From the human T2T-CHM13v2.0 reference genome, Homo sapiens: a stretch of 64,000 nt of DNA. The first letter of the stretch is position 1. Each line of letters opens with the position of its first letter. The DNA lies in NCBI RefSeq assembly GCF_009914755.1, contig NC_060938.1; one strand, written 5' to 3'. A program made the translations under genes and the position numbers. The notes beneath the pieces are model-generated. The model had not been told where the DNA came from and ran no database searches. It saw only the letters and a list, made by a program, of their open reading frames with translations. Of this stretch, positions 31,201 to 46,075 are shown piece after piece.

Positions 31201-32648
31201 AGTTCTTAAAGGGGTCATGATGCTTGCTAGTAATGTGACCTCCTGCTATTCAATACTTCTGAGTCTCCTTTTACTCATCTGTAAAATGGGGAGAAAAAAA
31301 AACTGTCCTGCCTTTTACCCTTTTCTTAGCATACAAGAGTTACTGAGAATGCTTCAGAAGCTATTATGAACCACTGTAGCATCAGCTATATTTATTTAAG
31401 GCACCTATTTTGTATGTTAAAATATTCTAGAGTATCTTATAACTCTTGGTTAATGAAACTAAGGACTTTCTCACTCCTTAGGTAAAAAAGTAGTGTTTAT
31501 TTCAGAGCAAGATGTTCAAAAGCAAGACTAAACAATTTGATTCCTGGGATCATGCCATCGGGCTGTCTTGACTCTCTCTGATTGCTTTCAGTATTTTTAT
31601 TTTATTGGGTAGAAGAACTTGGTAAAATGTTACCCTGAGGCTAAAGAGAGCTCTTTAAAATGACTTTAGGGATCTGAATAGACCAGTTGCCATTTATTCC
31701 CTTAATATGATTAGTTTCCTAATAGTCAAAGGCTGAGATAGCATTTATTTCTCCTAAGTTTCAGTCTAAGCCAATGTGGGTGCCTATTAGTGTCATAGTG
31801 ATGAGTGGCACAGATGAGCAAACAGATAATTAAGGAAAACCAAATATCCTTCCCATCCCCCACCTCACACCCATTTAGTAGTTGACTTTGGTGTAAAAGT
31901 GTCTTCCTGTTTCAGTAGGATAATTTGGTGCTCATCTGTCAGATAGATGGAGGATGGCAATGCTAATTTGTTTCTCCAGGCATACTTGCCTCAGACTTAA
32001 GGACTAAGGTTACCATGTAGCTCAGAGCTGAAAGGTAAGAGTCAGAGGCATTCAATGATTAAATAGTCAATATGTTCTGACTTCTCTGCTAATTTAGCAA
32101 AAGGAAGAACATCTCAATTTTGTCACTTATTACCAGTTGTTTAGCTTGTCTTAGAAACATGCCTTGATTTGAATAGATAAACTACTTTTAAAGCATAAGT
32201 CAGCAGCCTTTTGTTTTATGAAATAGTAGTCCTCCATTTGGGGCAATTAAAATGACCATTTCTTTGGAAATAAAATGTTAAACTGGTGATGGTAGGGTGA
32301 GGTCTAGGGGGTGATAGGAGAGGGAAGTTGAGATTTCAACAGCTAAGTGCAAAAGAAAATTTTAAAATACTTAGTATTAAAATTTTTAACTTGCTACTAC
32401 TTTATTGGTCTCATATAAGGACATGAACAACTGGGGAAGTAATTGGAAAGGGAAGGAACATAAAAAATATTTTATATTCTGTGAGGTAAAAACTGAGGCT
32501 AAAACATAAATAATTTGGCCCAGGTCATATGGCAGGAGAATATTAGAATCTGGATTTGATCCTGCTTTTGTCTGGCTGTGGCTGTGAAAATTGAGTCCAT
32601 CAGTTTTCATCCCATGGCATCTGGAATCATTGCCCCTTGCCACGTCTT

Positions 32649-32697
32649 TGTGTGTGTGCGCGCGCACGTGTGTGTGTGTGTATGTGTGTGTGCGTGC
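32649..32697. repeat. (TG)n/(CG)n alternating purine-pyrimidine tract
   Basis: tgtgtgtgtgcgcgcgcacgtgtg...gtgcgtgc. Confidence 0.95.
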
Positions 32698-34071
32698 TCC
32701 AAGTTCATCCCGATTTCTTTAATCTAGCCTTGTTAAAACACATTTTAAGGTCAGTTTTTAAGGCACAAAATGTAGGATGAGTGAGTTGATATGTAGATAT
32801 CTATTAGCTTGAAATTGTATTCAAAACAGAACCTCATTCTTAAAAGTTTAAAAATCTATATCAATTACCCAGCCTCAAATATAGTTTTCTTCTCTTTCAA
32901 ATGTTGTAGAAAAATGCTTCATATTTTCTGGCTACTGAGCTTCTTAATATTAGAGTACCATCTCTTCCTACAATTCGGTTACAGGTTGCTCACTTTTAGC
33001 GACATTGGCTTTCTAGTTGGAGAAATTCCTTAGATTTCAGGTACCACATCAGAATTTCTTTCAGTTAGGGTGACAGATCCAATATACTACATGTGTGTGA
33101 AGTATAGATGAAGGTAATCAGATCTCATGCTTCAGGGAATAAACTGATTACCCGCGATGGTCAGGAAGGAATTTTCACCATTAGCATCCTGCAAATACAC
33201 AAACCCAAGTGCAAGAATCCAACTTTCTTCTATGTAAAGTTTTCTTGTAGCACCTCATCAAGTGCAGGGCATAAAATCTAAACCTATGACATAATGTGCT
33301 ATGTATAATTGTTGTCATACATGCATGACTGTTTATTATGCACCAAAATAAATACTGTAGCAGTTGAGACAGAGTCTAGTTAGATAACTGAGATAGTGAT
33401 TCATTAAATATAAACTACTTAAAATCTTTTCATGTTGCCTCCAGGAATCTCAAAGTACCTTCCCAAAATGAGCTCATTAATCCTCATGAATATTCTGTCA
33501 CATAAATTCTGTTACATTTCTCTGAAAACATAGGTTAGTCAATCTTACTAACTAGTAAGTTCTAGCAGCAAGTCTTCACAGCACTCCAACACCTTTATTG
33601 CCTTGAAATCTCATTAGAGATTTAGTTTCTAACACTGTTAATCTAGATGGAATTCTTTCATCCCTAGCTCATTACTACATTTACCCTTCAACAAACATGT
33701 GGTGGGAGTCAACTGTGCGCAACGTGCTGAATATGAAAAGTTAAATGGGGCTCAGGGTTCACTGGGAAAGTGCTGGTAAGTTCATTCACATGCACTCCAG
33801 TACAACTTGGTATGCCCAGTGCTGCCTAGCCTAGCAAGACCCTCTTTAATCTACTGTTGCCTTCTTGTACAGGTCTTTATATCATGCGGGCTTTGACACA
33901 GATAAACCTACTGTAATCCGTGATTTGGTTCTAAGAGCCTATAATGAACTCCAGTTAATTCAGATGCCATTTAGAGAAACTTGGTCATATTCTACCTTAG
34001 AAAACTCTTGGAATAACTTTAGTTCTTTTGAAAATTGCAGTGGTCCAGACATTTTTACTCTAGTATAACTG

Positions 34072-34072
<1 letters not shown>

Positions 34073-34105
<33 letters not shown>
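34073..34105. repeat. (TG)n microsatellite
   Basis: ~16 perfect TG units. Confidence 0.97.
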
Positions 34106-34106
<1 letters not shown>

Positions 34107-34696
34107 TGTTGATCAGAAACTTTATAACGAGGATTAGACTTAAATTTGGCAAGCTTTTCTAGATAAATTCTAGAGAAAGGTCCCATGATGATCCTAGAAA
34201 ATTTAATTAAGAGTAACAATTAAGAGATCCTTTTGAAGTGCCCATGTTTAAGTTTTATTTGTTTGGTTTTGTATTTTTTTCTAAATATTCTTTCAGATCA
34301 AACCAAGTCTAAACTGGTTACTATTTGACTTAATGAAAGGCCTGACATGAAGGAAGGATGTAAATAATTTTGAGAGAAAATACTTTTGAAATGTTAAAAC
34401 ATTTCTTTTGAGCAATGTTATTTTTATTATAAAGGAAATAGCACTTTCACCTCTGGGAGTGAATAGGGGCTTCTCAATTTGATACCTAAAGGATATTTCC
34501 TCTCAAGACAAACAAACAAAAATGTGCTTACTGGGGCTGCACCTTCAGCCCAGCATTGGATATGTTAATTGCTGACATACTTGAGGTCTCACTAAGAGAA
34601 AAATATCATTAGACTGCTGGTTCCCAAAATACATTCCCTTAAATATCAGTCCTATGGAGTGGTCCTTGGGAATAAAAATCAGGGAACATATTCAAT

Positions 34697-34701
<5 letters not shown>

Positions 34702-34747
<46 letters not shown>

Positions 34748-34770
34748 TATATATATATTATATATGTATT
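34702..34770. repeat. (TA)n microsatellite
   Basis: ~20 perfect AT units then degenerate. Confidence 0.97.
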
Positions 34771-34779
34771 ATGTAGCTC

Positions 34780-35071
34780 TTTATTATTATTATTATTATT
34801 TTTGAGACAGAGTCTGGCTCTGTTGCCTAGGCTGGAGTGTAGTGGCATGATCTCAGCTTACTGCAACCTCCACCTCCTGAGGTTCAAGCCATTCTCCCGC
34901 CTCAGCCTCCCGAGTATCTGGGATTACAAGCACCTGCCATCACGCCTGGCTAAGTTTTATATTTTTAGTAGAAACAGGGTTTCACCATGTTGGCCAGGAT
35001 GGTCTCAAATTCCTGCCCTCGAGTGATCTGCCTTCGACCTCCCAACATGCTGGGATTATAGGTGTAAGCCA
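34780..35071 (-). mobile_element. Alu element with (TTA)n tail
   Basis: Antisense Alu, slightly 5'-truncated; partial TSD gtagct. Confidence 0.95.
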
Positions 35072-37006
35072 GGGTAGCTTTTTAATACTGCTCCCTCTCT
35101 CTTAGGTATTCACAGTGCATATTAGCAAATTAAATGTTCTGTGAAGTCTTGTATTAAATACATCTTTTAATATTTTATTTAAGACTTCCCAAATTCACTT
35201 GACCATTCACTTTGTAATATTCCTTGACAGAATACTTGTTAATATCCAGCTCCTGGGAACACAATTTGGGAAATACTACACTAGGAAAAAAAATCTAGGT
35301 TGGGGAAATCTAACTAAACAAGAGTGTTTATTTACATTAGTAAGTTACTTTGTACTTTATGTGAGTCTCCTTTTCAAGTGAGTTTCTCAAGTGTCTTAAA
35401 ATACTATTTTAAATAATTTTTAAAACATTGATATTTTTTTGAAAATACATTAAGTATGTTTTTAGAACTTGAAATTGAATGAATTCCCCCTTATCCCTTG
35501 TCTGCCAGTTCTGTTAGTCTTCTCTTCAGTATTTGATTTATGAGAGATCAATTCATATCCAACTTTTCAGAGCATGTCTCATGTCATGTGAAAGACAGCA
35601 TACCTATATTTGTGTAAGAAAGGGGAGAAAACCTACTTCTGAGTGTAACATAAAAACTATGTGACAGTCAAGTATGATAAAAGGAAAATACTGGTTATAG
35701 GGTCAAGCAACCTTTATCTCTTTTTGGCTTACTGTGAGATTTGGGCCAACAAGTAACCTCTCTGATCCTGCCTGGATAATTGAAATGACTATTACTTCCC
35801 TCCACCAGAGAGTGAATGATGTGTGGATTAAAGTCTGACCTTTGGGCAAATGCCTCCTAGTGACTTGAAAGAAGGTGCCCTCATTTCTAACCCACACCTT
35901 ACATCTGTGTCTATGATCCCATTCACAGACTGGTTCTGAATTAATTCTGTCAGTCTTGCATTCTTGCACTTGCCTTCCTGTCACCTATTCACTTGCATTC
36001 TCTCTCTACAGTTAGGACATTGTCAACACAGATTGTGTTTGAGTAAAAAAGTTCACTCAGAGAAAAATAATTATAGAAAGGAAAAGCATAGATCAGGAGA
36101 CAAGTAAAGACATACAGTGAATCTTTAATCCAGAGTTGATTTACTCAAGCCTTATTGAAAGATAATCATGAAGCAAAATGATTAGGTATGGATGTGTAAA
36201 TCTGTAATGAATGACTCTGAGTAAAGATTGTACTCATCATCACTAGATTTCTCTCATAAGTGCATTGGGTTAAAAAAAAGAATTACCTAAGATCATTTGA
36301 AATTCAGTAATAAGATTCTCTTCAGAAGATCTTTTGATTCTGTAGAGAATTAACATATCTAATTATTATCTGAAGACCCCAAACACCAGATCCTCCAAAA
36401 TAATGTTCCTTCTGACATTTTCAACTTGTATAAAATTTGGTTATCTGGAAATTTACTGCACATAAGGTCCAGCAAGAGAATAATTACACTTTATTGATAT
36501 TTTCTCACAATGCCATGAGAAAATCTGGCTGAAGCTGTGAAAAATGAGTTATATTTATAAACCAGAGATGTTAGCTTTCCAAAGTAGTTTCAAATCCAGA
36601 CACCCAATACACACACTTCCACTCACCTTCACGTTCTCACAAACTTATACAAGAAAGTACTCAATGATGTATTTCTAGGCATTAAATATTTATATGGTGT
36701 ATATAGGTAGGTATATATATATATGTATGTGTATTTATGTGTGTGTATATGTACATATGTTCACATACATTTATGTATATGTATGTATATATGAATCATA
36801 ATTTGCTGATAAGCGTTAGACACTATTATTATAAATTTCCCTTAATACACAAATTTCTCAATATCTTAGAAGAAAATTTTCAAGTATATGAGAGCTCTTC
36901 TTTCTATCAGCATAGGTGATAGCATTAAACTGAATATTAACCATTCCCCAGGGTAGAGAAATTATATCTCAGGGTAGAAAAATATATATTTTTTGTATGG
37001 AGGTTA

Positions 37007-37333
<327 letters not shown>

Positions 37334-38169
37334 AAGTGTGTTAGATCTGCATATTATAAAATGACATGAATTAAGATTCTTCCTCCGTCATTTATTTCTG
37401 TTAAAAAAATTCACTGCTTGCAAACATGTACATATATATAAACCACTGCACACTAATTATACTGTATGGTGTCACAAGGGTGTTTTTTTTTTTTTACTTG
37501 TAATGTTTTGCCTAACTTTAGAGAAAGCTTGAAAAGTTAATTAAAATCAACTTATGTCTCAACATTTTGTTGCAGTAGAGGAATTTGGAAGAAGGGAAAA
37601 GAGAATAGCAATGAATTGATTGGATAAGAGGCAGACACATGTTTTTAAAAAAGGATCAGAGCTTGCCCAGTTTCTATTTAAAGTATTGTAAGGACCTAAT
37701 AGCTAGCTATAGTGATACATTTAAGATTAAAATGAGCAGATTTGGCGGTACAGGGGAGATGATGGCTAGCTGGGGATATTAGAAACAGAGCTATAAAAAT
37801 TCAACACAACCTGGAAAAATGCAAATGAATACAACCAACAGTGGGGTGCAGGGTTGGTTGCGGGGGACAGGTGGATTATCTTAGGTGATATGCTGTGGAA
37901 GGCATGGAGTTTGGCTGCAGGGCTGGGTGGTCACCTAGTAAGAGGAATGCTTTGGCTCCTTCCCTTGTCTCTTGGAAATCAGAAGAGACACTGGGCCTTT
38001 TCTCCTTTACTCCAAGAAGAAATGCTCTTTTTTCATATATCTTTATTGAATACCTATTATGGTCCATGTGTTAAGAGATGGGGAAGCAAAGAGATACAAC
38101 TCATCCACCCTACCCTGGAGAAGCTTATTGCAAATACCGTCAAATGCAGTTTGAAGGAAATAGTATGAG

Positions 38170-38370
38170 ATTTGAATTAAGGACACTAAGATTTTATTCA
38201 TGGATTAAAATCCGTATTCTGTTTCTTAATGATTTTGTGATCTTGCACAGGTCCATTAACCTCTGAGCATTAGTTATCTGTGAAATGGGAGTAATAATTG
38301 AGTCTGCCTCATGGGAACACTGTGATGACTAAATGTGAAGGTTTATGATAATGCTCTGAAAATAATCAAA
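38170..38370 (+). mobile_element. MIR SINE
   Basis: 'tgtgatcttg...ttaacctctgagc...atctgtgaaatgggagtaataat'. Confidence 0.75.
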
Positions 38371-39387
38371 AGTGCTAAAATGATATGGTTTTTAATTATG
38401 AGGTATTTTTAAATCCAAGCTTGATAGTAGAGTCAGATTATATACAAAGGGATCAGAGAAATAGATAAGTATGGGAGGAATGATAAATATAGGAAGAACA
38501 TTATATACATCACAGATGAGTTCAGGTGCATGGGGGTCCTGGACTTACAAGCGGGTGTGCTTAGTTTAATGCTCTCCTATCACCACCTTGAAAGTTTTAA
38601 TATTTTTTAAACAAAAGGACTCACTTTTTTAATACTAGGCCTCACAAATTATGTAGTTAGTTCTGGTTGTAGACATATTGCGTGTATAAATACTTAGATT
38701 AGTTACATGATGCCCACAATATTAATCATTAAGTTATTTGTGTATACATTTAACAGTTACCCATCTATTTATCTATCCCTATAGAGACATATTCTCCCAT
38801 GTAGGATGTGAGGCACTTGAGGAGTGAAACTTGCTTGAATGGATCTAGGGCCCAGGAGAGAAGGCGAACCTGAAAAACAGTTGTTCGGTCTAATAGTTAT
38901 CACTAGTTGGAAGTCTTGTACGTTCCAAGGTCAAGCGCTGTGATGTGATACATTACACACACACACATATAATATTTATTTATATCATGGAATAAATGTG
39001 TAAATATTACTATATTACTAATGTATCTTAATTTTCTTTTTTACAAAGATCCTATAATATCAGTAGGTCTAGAATTAGGTCAAGAATCTGCATTTTTAAA
39101 AAGGCATTCCAGCGGCTTCTAAGGCAGGTGGTTTCTAGACAAACTTTCCAAATACTGAGTGAAAAGTTTATTCATGTTGTGTTTCCATTATTTATGTGTA
39201 ATTTGGAGAACTGGGTGATCTTTTCTCCAGGAGCCCCTAGCAACAGATCCAGAGAAAGAATGTCATAGCTAGCATTTCTTTGTGTTATTTGGGACCAATT
39301 TCAAAGTTACTGCAAGATGTTTGCTTTGCCAAGAGATATCCCATATCCAGTCCAGGCCCTATTGGATGCCAAATAACTATTAGTGTA

Positions 39388-39739
39388 CAGAAGCCCCCAC
39401 TTTTCCATGGGGGAAATGATCTAAGACCCCCAGTAGTTGCCTTTAACTGTGGATAGCACCAAACCCTATATATACTATGTTTTTTCCATACATACATGCG
39501 TATATACATAGTTATGATAAGGTTTAATTTGTAAATTAGTCACAGTAAGAGATTAATGACAATAACTAATAATAAAATGGAAAATTATGACAGCATGCTG
39601 TAATACAAACAATGTGAATGTATTATAGTCTCCCTCTCAAAATATTTTGTTGTACTGTACTCACTTATTTTTGGACCATGGTTGAACAAGGGTAACTGAA
39701 ACTGCAGAAAGCAAAGTCGTGGAGAAGGGGGAACTACTG
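39388..39739. mobile_element. MER44-type Tigger (TcMar) MITE, complete
   Basis: TIRs cagaagccccc / gggggaactactg, flanked by TA dinucleotides (39386-87, 39740-41). Confidence 0.88.
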
Positions 39740-39980
39740 TACATAAAGAAATAGTGGATAATAACAATGAGAAGATAGATTGGGGCCTTTAATTCTGGAT
39801 AAAGGATCTGAGACTCTTCTCAGAAGGCAATAGGGAACCACTGGTCATACAGAATTAAATAAAGGAGAAGGAAACAAAAGGTAAGGAGATCACTTAGAGG
39901 CTATTACAAAAAAAGTAGAGAAGAGGTAACAAAGGCCAAAAGTGGGCACTAAGAGTAAAGATTAAGAAAAAATATCTTTA

Positions 39981-40598
39981 ATTATGGAAAATGTATGGAG
40001 ATTCCTCATAAAACTAAAAATAGAACTCCCATATGATTCAGCAATCCCACTACTGGGTATATATCCCCAGAGCTTGAAATCAGCGTGTCTAAATGATATC
40101 TGCACTCTCATGTTCATTGCAGCAGTATTCACAATAGCCAAGATAAAGAGTCAACCTAAGTGTTCATCAGAGGATAAATGGATGAAGAGAATGTAGTAAT
40201 GTGGTATATACACAATCGAATATTATTCAGCCTTAAACAAGAAGGAATTTCTGCCATTTGCAGCAGCATGGATAAACATGGAGGACATTGTGCTAAGTTC
40301 AGAAATAAGCCAGACACAGAAAGACTAAAACAGCATAGTTTCACTTATGTGGAATCCAAAACAATCAAATTTATAGAGGCAGAGAATAGAATAGTGGTTA
40401 CCAGAAGTAGTGGGTAGGGGGAATGGAGAGATGTTGGTCAAACGGTACAAAATTTTAGTTAGAAGGAATTGATGATAAGTATTTAAGAAAATGGATATAT
40501 TAATTAGTTTGAGTTAATCATTCTATACTGTACAGATATAACATCACTGTGTACCATACAAATATATATATATGCAATTATAGTATGCCCAAAAATAA
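39981..40598 (+). mobile_element. L1MA-type 3' fragment
   Basis: ORF 39984-40196 is an L1 ORF2 C-terminus (LKIELPYDSAIPLLGIYP...CTLMFIAA) followed by 3'UTR. Confidence 0.92.
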
Positions 40599-41707
40599 TC
40601 TCTAAGTCTTCTTTTTAAATTTTACTTTCATAAGAATGGTATCCATCTGATTGAAGACCATCTTCTTTCTTCTCCATATGCAAATGTATTCCTTATAGAA
40701 AAATGCACTCCTGCCCCCACCCCAGCAACCATGCTTCAGGCCCCAAAGAAGTTTTCCTCCCTGTTACCTTGCAAAGGTAGCCTCTCTTGGGAATCGCTCA
40801 CTAATTCACCCTGGAATACTCTTATGTTAGTTTCCCTTATGGTCCCTAACAGCCTTTATCTGTTATTCATCTCCCAGGTACTCACAGCTTGCTGAAAGGC
40901 TTTTTCTAATCAGCATTGTTTTGTCTTCTTTAAAATCCTTGATCATGGCCACTAGCATCCTTGACAGTCTCTGGACACTTGGTGAGAAAAGAATAAACTC
41001 AATGCACACCAGTGAGAGATCATGCCCTTTTCTTCTGACAACTTTGTGGCATCTTTGGCTGCCCTTTTTATGTGCTTGTCTTTGTGCTCCCCTACATCAA
41101 TCTCATAAAACATCCTTTTTTTCATGCTTGACATATTGATATCATCCCACCGCAGATAAAACACAGAGCAGTGTAATATGGACAGGTGTTGGAATTATTT
41201 GCAATGCACAGAAATCTCTGCTGATGTTTAAGACTAGGACAATATTAAACACATTACTTTCCCTCACAGGCATTTTCATTACACCCATGCCATGCAGGTG
41301 CAGAATCTAGAAGTGATATCTTGTTTTCCCCAATAGGGTCTATGCAATACAATTTAAAAGTGTGTTTGGGTGTGTATGTGTGTGTGCATGTATGTGTCCT
41401 TCCCCCTTTATATCTTTATCTTTGCAACATCCACAGCCTCTTGTTTAAATCACATCTGAATTCACTTGGAGGAATGACACAAATTCCAAAGAACCTGTAG
41501 TTAAAATAGTTGCTATTTACCAGATCAGTATTCTTATGGTTGGTAGTGTCACATGGTCAGGTTTAGAGGGCAACTCTGAGATAGGACAAGATGAAAAATA
41601 GCCTAGGAAAGATCAAGAAAGACCAACATCAGAAAGCCACATAGTCCTCCAGAGTGAGTTACTATGTAGCTTAGTTTCATCAAAAAGAGAATCATGGCCA
41701 AGGTGGC

Positions 41708-42063
41708 TGTATTAGTCTGTTCTCATGCTGCTAAAAAAGACATATCCAAGACTGGGTAACTTATAAAGGAAAGAGGTCCAGTGGACTCACAGTTCCACAT
41801 GGCTAGGGAGGCCTCACAATCATGGCGGAAAGCAAAAGAGAAGCAAAGGCACATCTTACATGGCGGCAGGCAAGAGAACTTGTGCAGGGGAACTCCCATT
41901 TATATAACCATCAGATCTCATGAGATTTATTCACTACCACGAGAACAGTATGAGGGAAACTGCCCCCATGATTCAGTTATCTCCACCTGGCCCCACCCTT
42001 CACATGTGGGTATTATTACAATTCAAGGTGAGATTTCGATGGGGAAACAGCCAAACCATATCA
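41708..42063 (-). mobile_element. THE1-type MaLR solo LTR with 5-bp TSD
   Basis: TG...CA termini; TSD gtggc at 41703-41707 and 42064-42068. Confidence 0.95.
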
Positions 42064-42075
42064 GTGGCAAATTCA

Positions 42076-42486
<411 letters not shown>

Positions 42487-43930
42487 TTAAATGCTCAAAA
42501 CAACCCTATCAGGTAAATCACTGTAATTAGCACCTATTTATCAGATGAGAAAAACAAGACTCATAAAAGTCATGTAACGTGTATAAGGTAACACAGCCAG
42601 TGATTCAAGCCCAGGTCTATCTGACTACAAAACTTGGGCTCTTAGCTTTTTGGGATTCTATACTCATGGAGAGGTAAAGCTCAGATCCTAGAAGATCAGC
42701 TGGAGAAGTTAGTGTATGAAGTAGGCAAGCCAGATCTGAGGCCAAGCTAAGGGCAGAAAACAGGAGTCCTGGGCCACTCAGCATGCATGCTGGCTCAAAG
42801 GAGTGTGTTTCTGAGCCTAGAATCTTCACTGTCTCCTGCTCCTGCTAAATGTTAGAGACCTCTAAAATAAATAATTGCAGTAGCTTTGTGGCGTGTTTTA
42901 ATTGGCTACCCTCTGGGTTCCATTAGTAGGTTTACTTACTCTACCCTGGACCTAAAGCTGCAGTGAGGGTTGTTACCTCCAGCGAGGAGAGTATTTATCA
43001 TGCCCTCTCCAGAGGTAACTGCAATTTTGCTTAAGTGTACTAATGGCATCTGCTCTCAGCTCTGTGTTTTTCCTCTCTGGGTCTTCTGATAAGGTCATTA
43101 GGAAGTGTGAGGCAGACAACCTGAGGGCTAAAGTCTCATTCAGCTCCATCAGTCAGATTCTGCTGGGACTGCACAACCCAAGGATCCTGTTACAGCATCT
43201 GCCTGGAAGATTCTTAAGAAGGAACTTGCAGTTCATTCATTACATATGTTCTATGCTGAGGCATAACAGTGGAGGCTGTTTTACAGTGTATCATGCCAAC
43301 AGTACATCTGCTGCTGGCAATTATGCTACTAACATACAGGACCTTAAGAACTCTTCCTTCCCATAGTTTCACTGAGAAAAACAAAATCCCAGAAGAATAT
43401 TAATTGACATTAATATGACACAATTAACCATTTATTCAATTGGCCTTTCCACCTAGAAGTTTAAGCATTCATCTTTCCTGTATTTCAGATGAACAAAATG
43501 AGATAATGCATTCATATACTGATTCAGCAAACATTTATTATGACTTCCCATGTACTGGGTACTATATAGATATGCGAGATTAAAACAAAGAAATACAATG
43601 TAAAAATTCAGATTCTTTTAAGGATTCCACCGTCTACTAGGGGAAACAGATGCAATGATGTCATCTATAATATAATTTTCTGTGTTGTGATAGAATCATA
43701 CATAGGACAGCATCCAAATACAGCAGATAAGCAACTGGCTCAGCTAGATTTGGGAGGAGGTCAAGGCTTCATGGGGGATTCAATACCTGAGCAGGGTATT
43801 AACTAAGAGTGTAACCTATATAAAAGGAATCTTTTTTTTGAGCATTTACTATGTGTTGAACTGGATGCAGAGTGCTTTATGTGCGTTGTCATAATCCTAT
43901 GCGTAAAACAATCCAGTGAAATCTGTACTA

Positions 43931-44268
43931 TAGCCACATGTCTCATGATGATGGGGATACATTCTAAGAAATGTGTCCTTAAGTGATTTTGTAGTTATGC
44001 AAAATCATAGTGTGTACTCACACAAATCTAGACGATATAGCCTGTTGCTATATGGTACAGCCTATTGTTCCTAGGCTATAAACTCATACAGCATGTTACT
44101 GTACTGAATATTGGAGGCATTTGTAACACAATGGTAAGTTTTTTGTGTGTCTGGATATATCTAAACATAGAAAAGGGATAGCAAAAACATGGTATTGTAA
44201 TCCTATGGGACCATGATCATATATGCAGTTTATCATTGATGGAAATGTCATTATGTAGTACATGGCTA
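43931..44268. mobile_element. Tigger3a/MER7-type MITE nested in a MIR
   Basis: 'ggggatacattctaagaaatgtgtc...cagcatgttactgtactgaata...aaacatagaaaagg'; TA-flanked. Confidence 0.85.
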
Positions 44269-45379
44269 TATTATTATCATATTATAAAATTTCCAAGTGA
44301 CAAAAAAAATCTGAACCCCTGCTCTCAGGCTCCAGATCCCAGCTTTTAGCAGATATGCCACACTATCATTAACTACGGTGTTTCGCTTAGGAACATCACC
44401 AAACAAAGCTACTTGTTCTTCAAGGACCCAGTAATCATCCTTATCCTTGCACAATTATCCTGGCTCTATCGTTTGATGATTTTCTTTCTGCAACTAATGA
44501 TTTGGGTAGAAAGAAAACCTGCCGATAGTCATCTTTGATATTGACTGGTCAGTCCCAAGATCTAGGCATTGAAGTTTCTAAGAGTCTCTCTCCAGTCCTC
44601 TATATTGTTCTCTGCATACTCCTCCAATGTGGTACTGTACTATGCAGATAAGCACATGGATGTGACCTGATCCTCCTCAATCCTATGCTCCCTGACATCT
44701 AAAATGGGCCCAGAAGCAAAACACTTTGCCTGCCGATTTGTGCTTTTCAGAAGATGAGCATTTTCTTTTACATTCTGGACACACACATAAAAAAACTTTT
44801 CTATCATTAACCTGCCACAGCCTTATGGAAATTCTGAGAAGTCCAGTTCAGCCTCATAACGCGTGAACGTTATTTATCTTGAATGCTGCAAATTTGGCAT
44901 ATTGGTGGGGGGTGACAAGGTTAGGTAGATTTATTAGCATCCTGTCAGGAAATTTCCCATGAGCGGTAGAGGTTTGTCAGAAAATTCAGTGTAATTGATA
45001 GGAGCAAGTTGGACTAATTCTTAGTGCTAGATCTGTACTGGCTCTGTTCACACCTTTCCTTTGCAGACAACAAGATGTGCTGAGGAGAGCTCATTAAGAA
45101 GACCTTCCTGCAAACCCATTCTTTGCACCAGGTTTCTTTTTCCTTCCTTTCTTTTATATAATTATTTCAGTTACTGGAGAAGATATAAGCGTATATTGGA
45201 GGCATTACTGAATAGGCAATGATTTCAACTCATTTGTATGTATCTTTTAAGTCTCCAAGGGAACACTTAAACTCTAGGGAATAAGGATTAACAAGAAGCC
45301 GATATCTGTTCAGTGTTTCGCTCTATTTTCACTAAAGGATTAGAGGTTTCAACTGTCGAGTCTAAAAGCCATCAAGGCA

Positions 45380-46075
45380 GGATATAACAGTGGAAGGAGG
45401 TTAGCTTTTGAATTAGGATTCTTGGGTCCCAGTCTCAAGTCTCCAGCCTGCGAGTTCTTTGGCCCTGGGACAGTTATTTAAACTTGCTGAGCTTTGGTTT
45501 CCTCCTTTGAAAGGTGAGGTTAATGATGCCCATCTCACAGGGTTCCTAATAAATATTAAATGAAATGAAAAATGTCACAGCTACTTGACCTAAGCATCTT
45601 TCAATCTCTAGTTCCAGCACTGCTGCCCCTGAACAGCCTTCCTTGATGTGGCCAAGTAATAACAGCCACCATTTATTGTGACTTTATGATGTTGCCACAC
45701 TCTATGCACCATGCTTTGCATACTTCATGTCATTGACTCCTCAGAATCCAGAGAGACAGGGAGAGACCATGGGAAGAGAAAGGGAGAGACCATGGGAAGA
45801 GAAGGAGAGAGAGAAGAGAGGAGTAGGGAGAGAGAGAGAAGACAGAGGAAAGGAAAAAGAAGAGAGAGAAAAAAGCGAGATGAGAGAGAAGAAAGAATGA
45901 ATGAGTTCTCATGTAATTATGGTCAAGATATTCATCTTTCCTAAGCCTCAGTTTCCTTATCAGTAAAACAGTAAATTATCACGTCTTAACTATTTTGATG
46001 ACTAAACGAGGTGATTTCTGTTACATGCAACCCACAGTGCCTGGAACATAATAAATCCCTAATAAATAGAATAAA
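45380..46075. mobile_element. Cluster of MIR fragments around a GA-rich tract (45750-45900)
   Basis: MIR cores at ~45460-45560 (+), 45655-45735 (-) and 45910-46075 (+). Confidence 0.7.

Larger units (their letters stand above)
34613..35282. mobile_element. Charlie4-like hAT fragment interrupted by (TA)n and Alu
   Basis: 'tggttcccaaaat...' on the left; 'attcacagtgcatattagca...gaacacaatttgggaaatacta' on the right. Confidence 0.55.

Noticed and set aside
45067-45131. Acceptor-like 'cctttcctttgcag' followed by a 65-nt segment
   Set aside because: Donor is weak (gtttct) and there is no recognisable coding content; such sites are common by chance.
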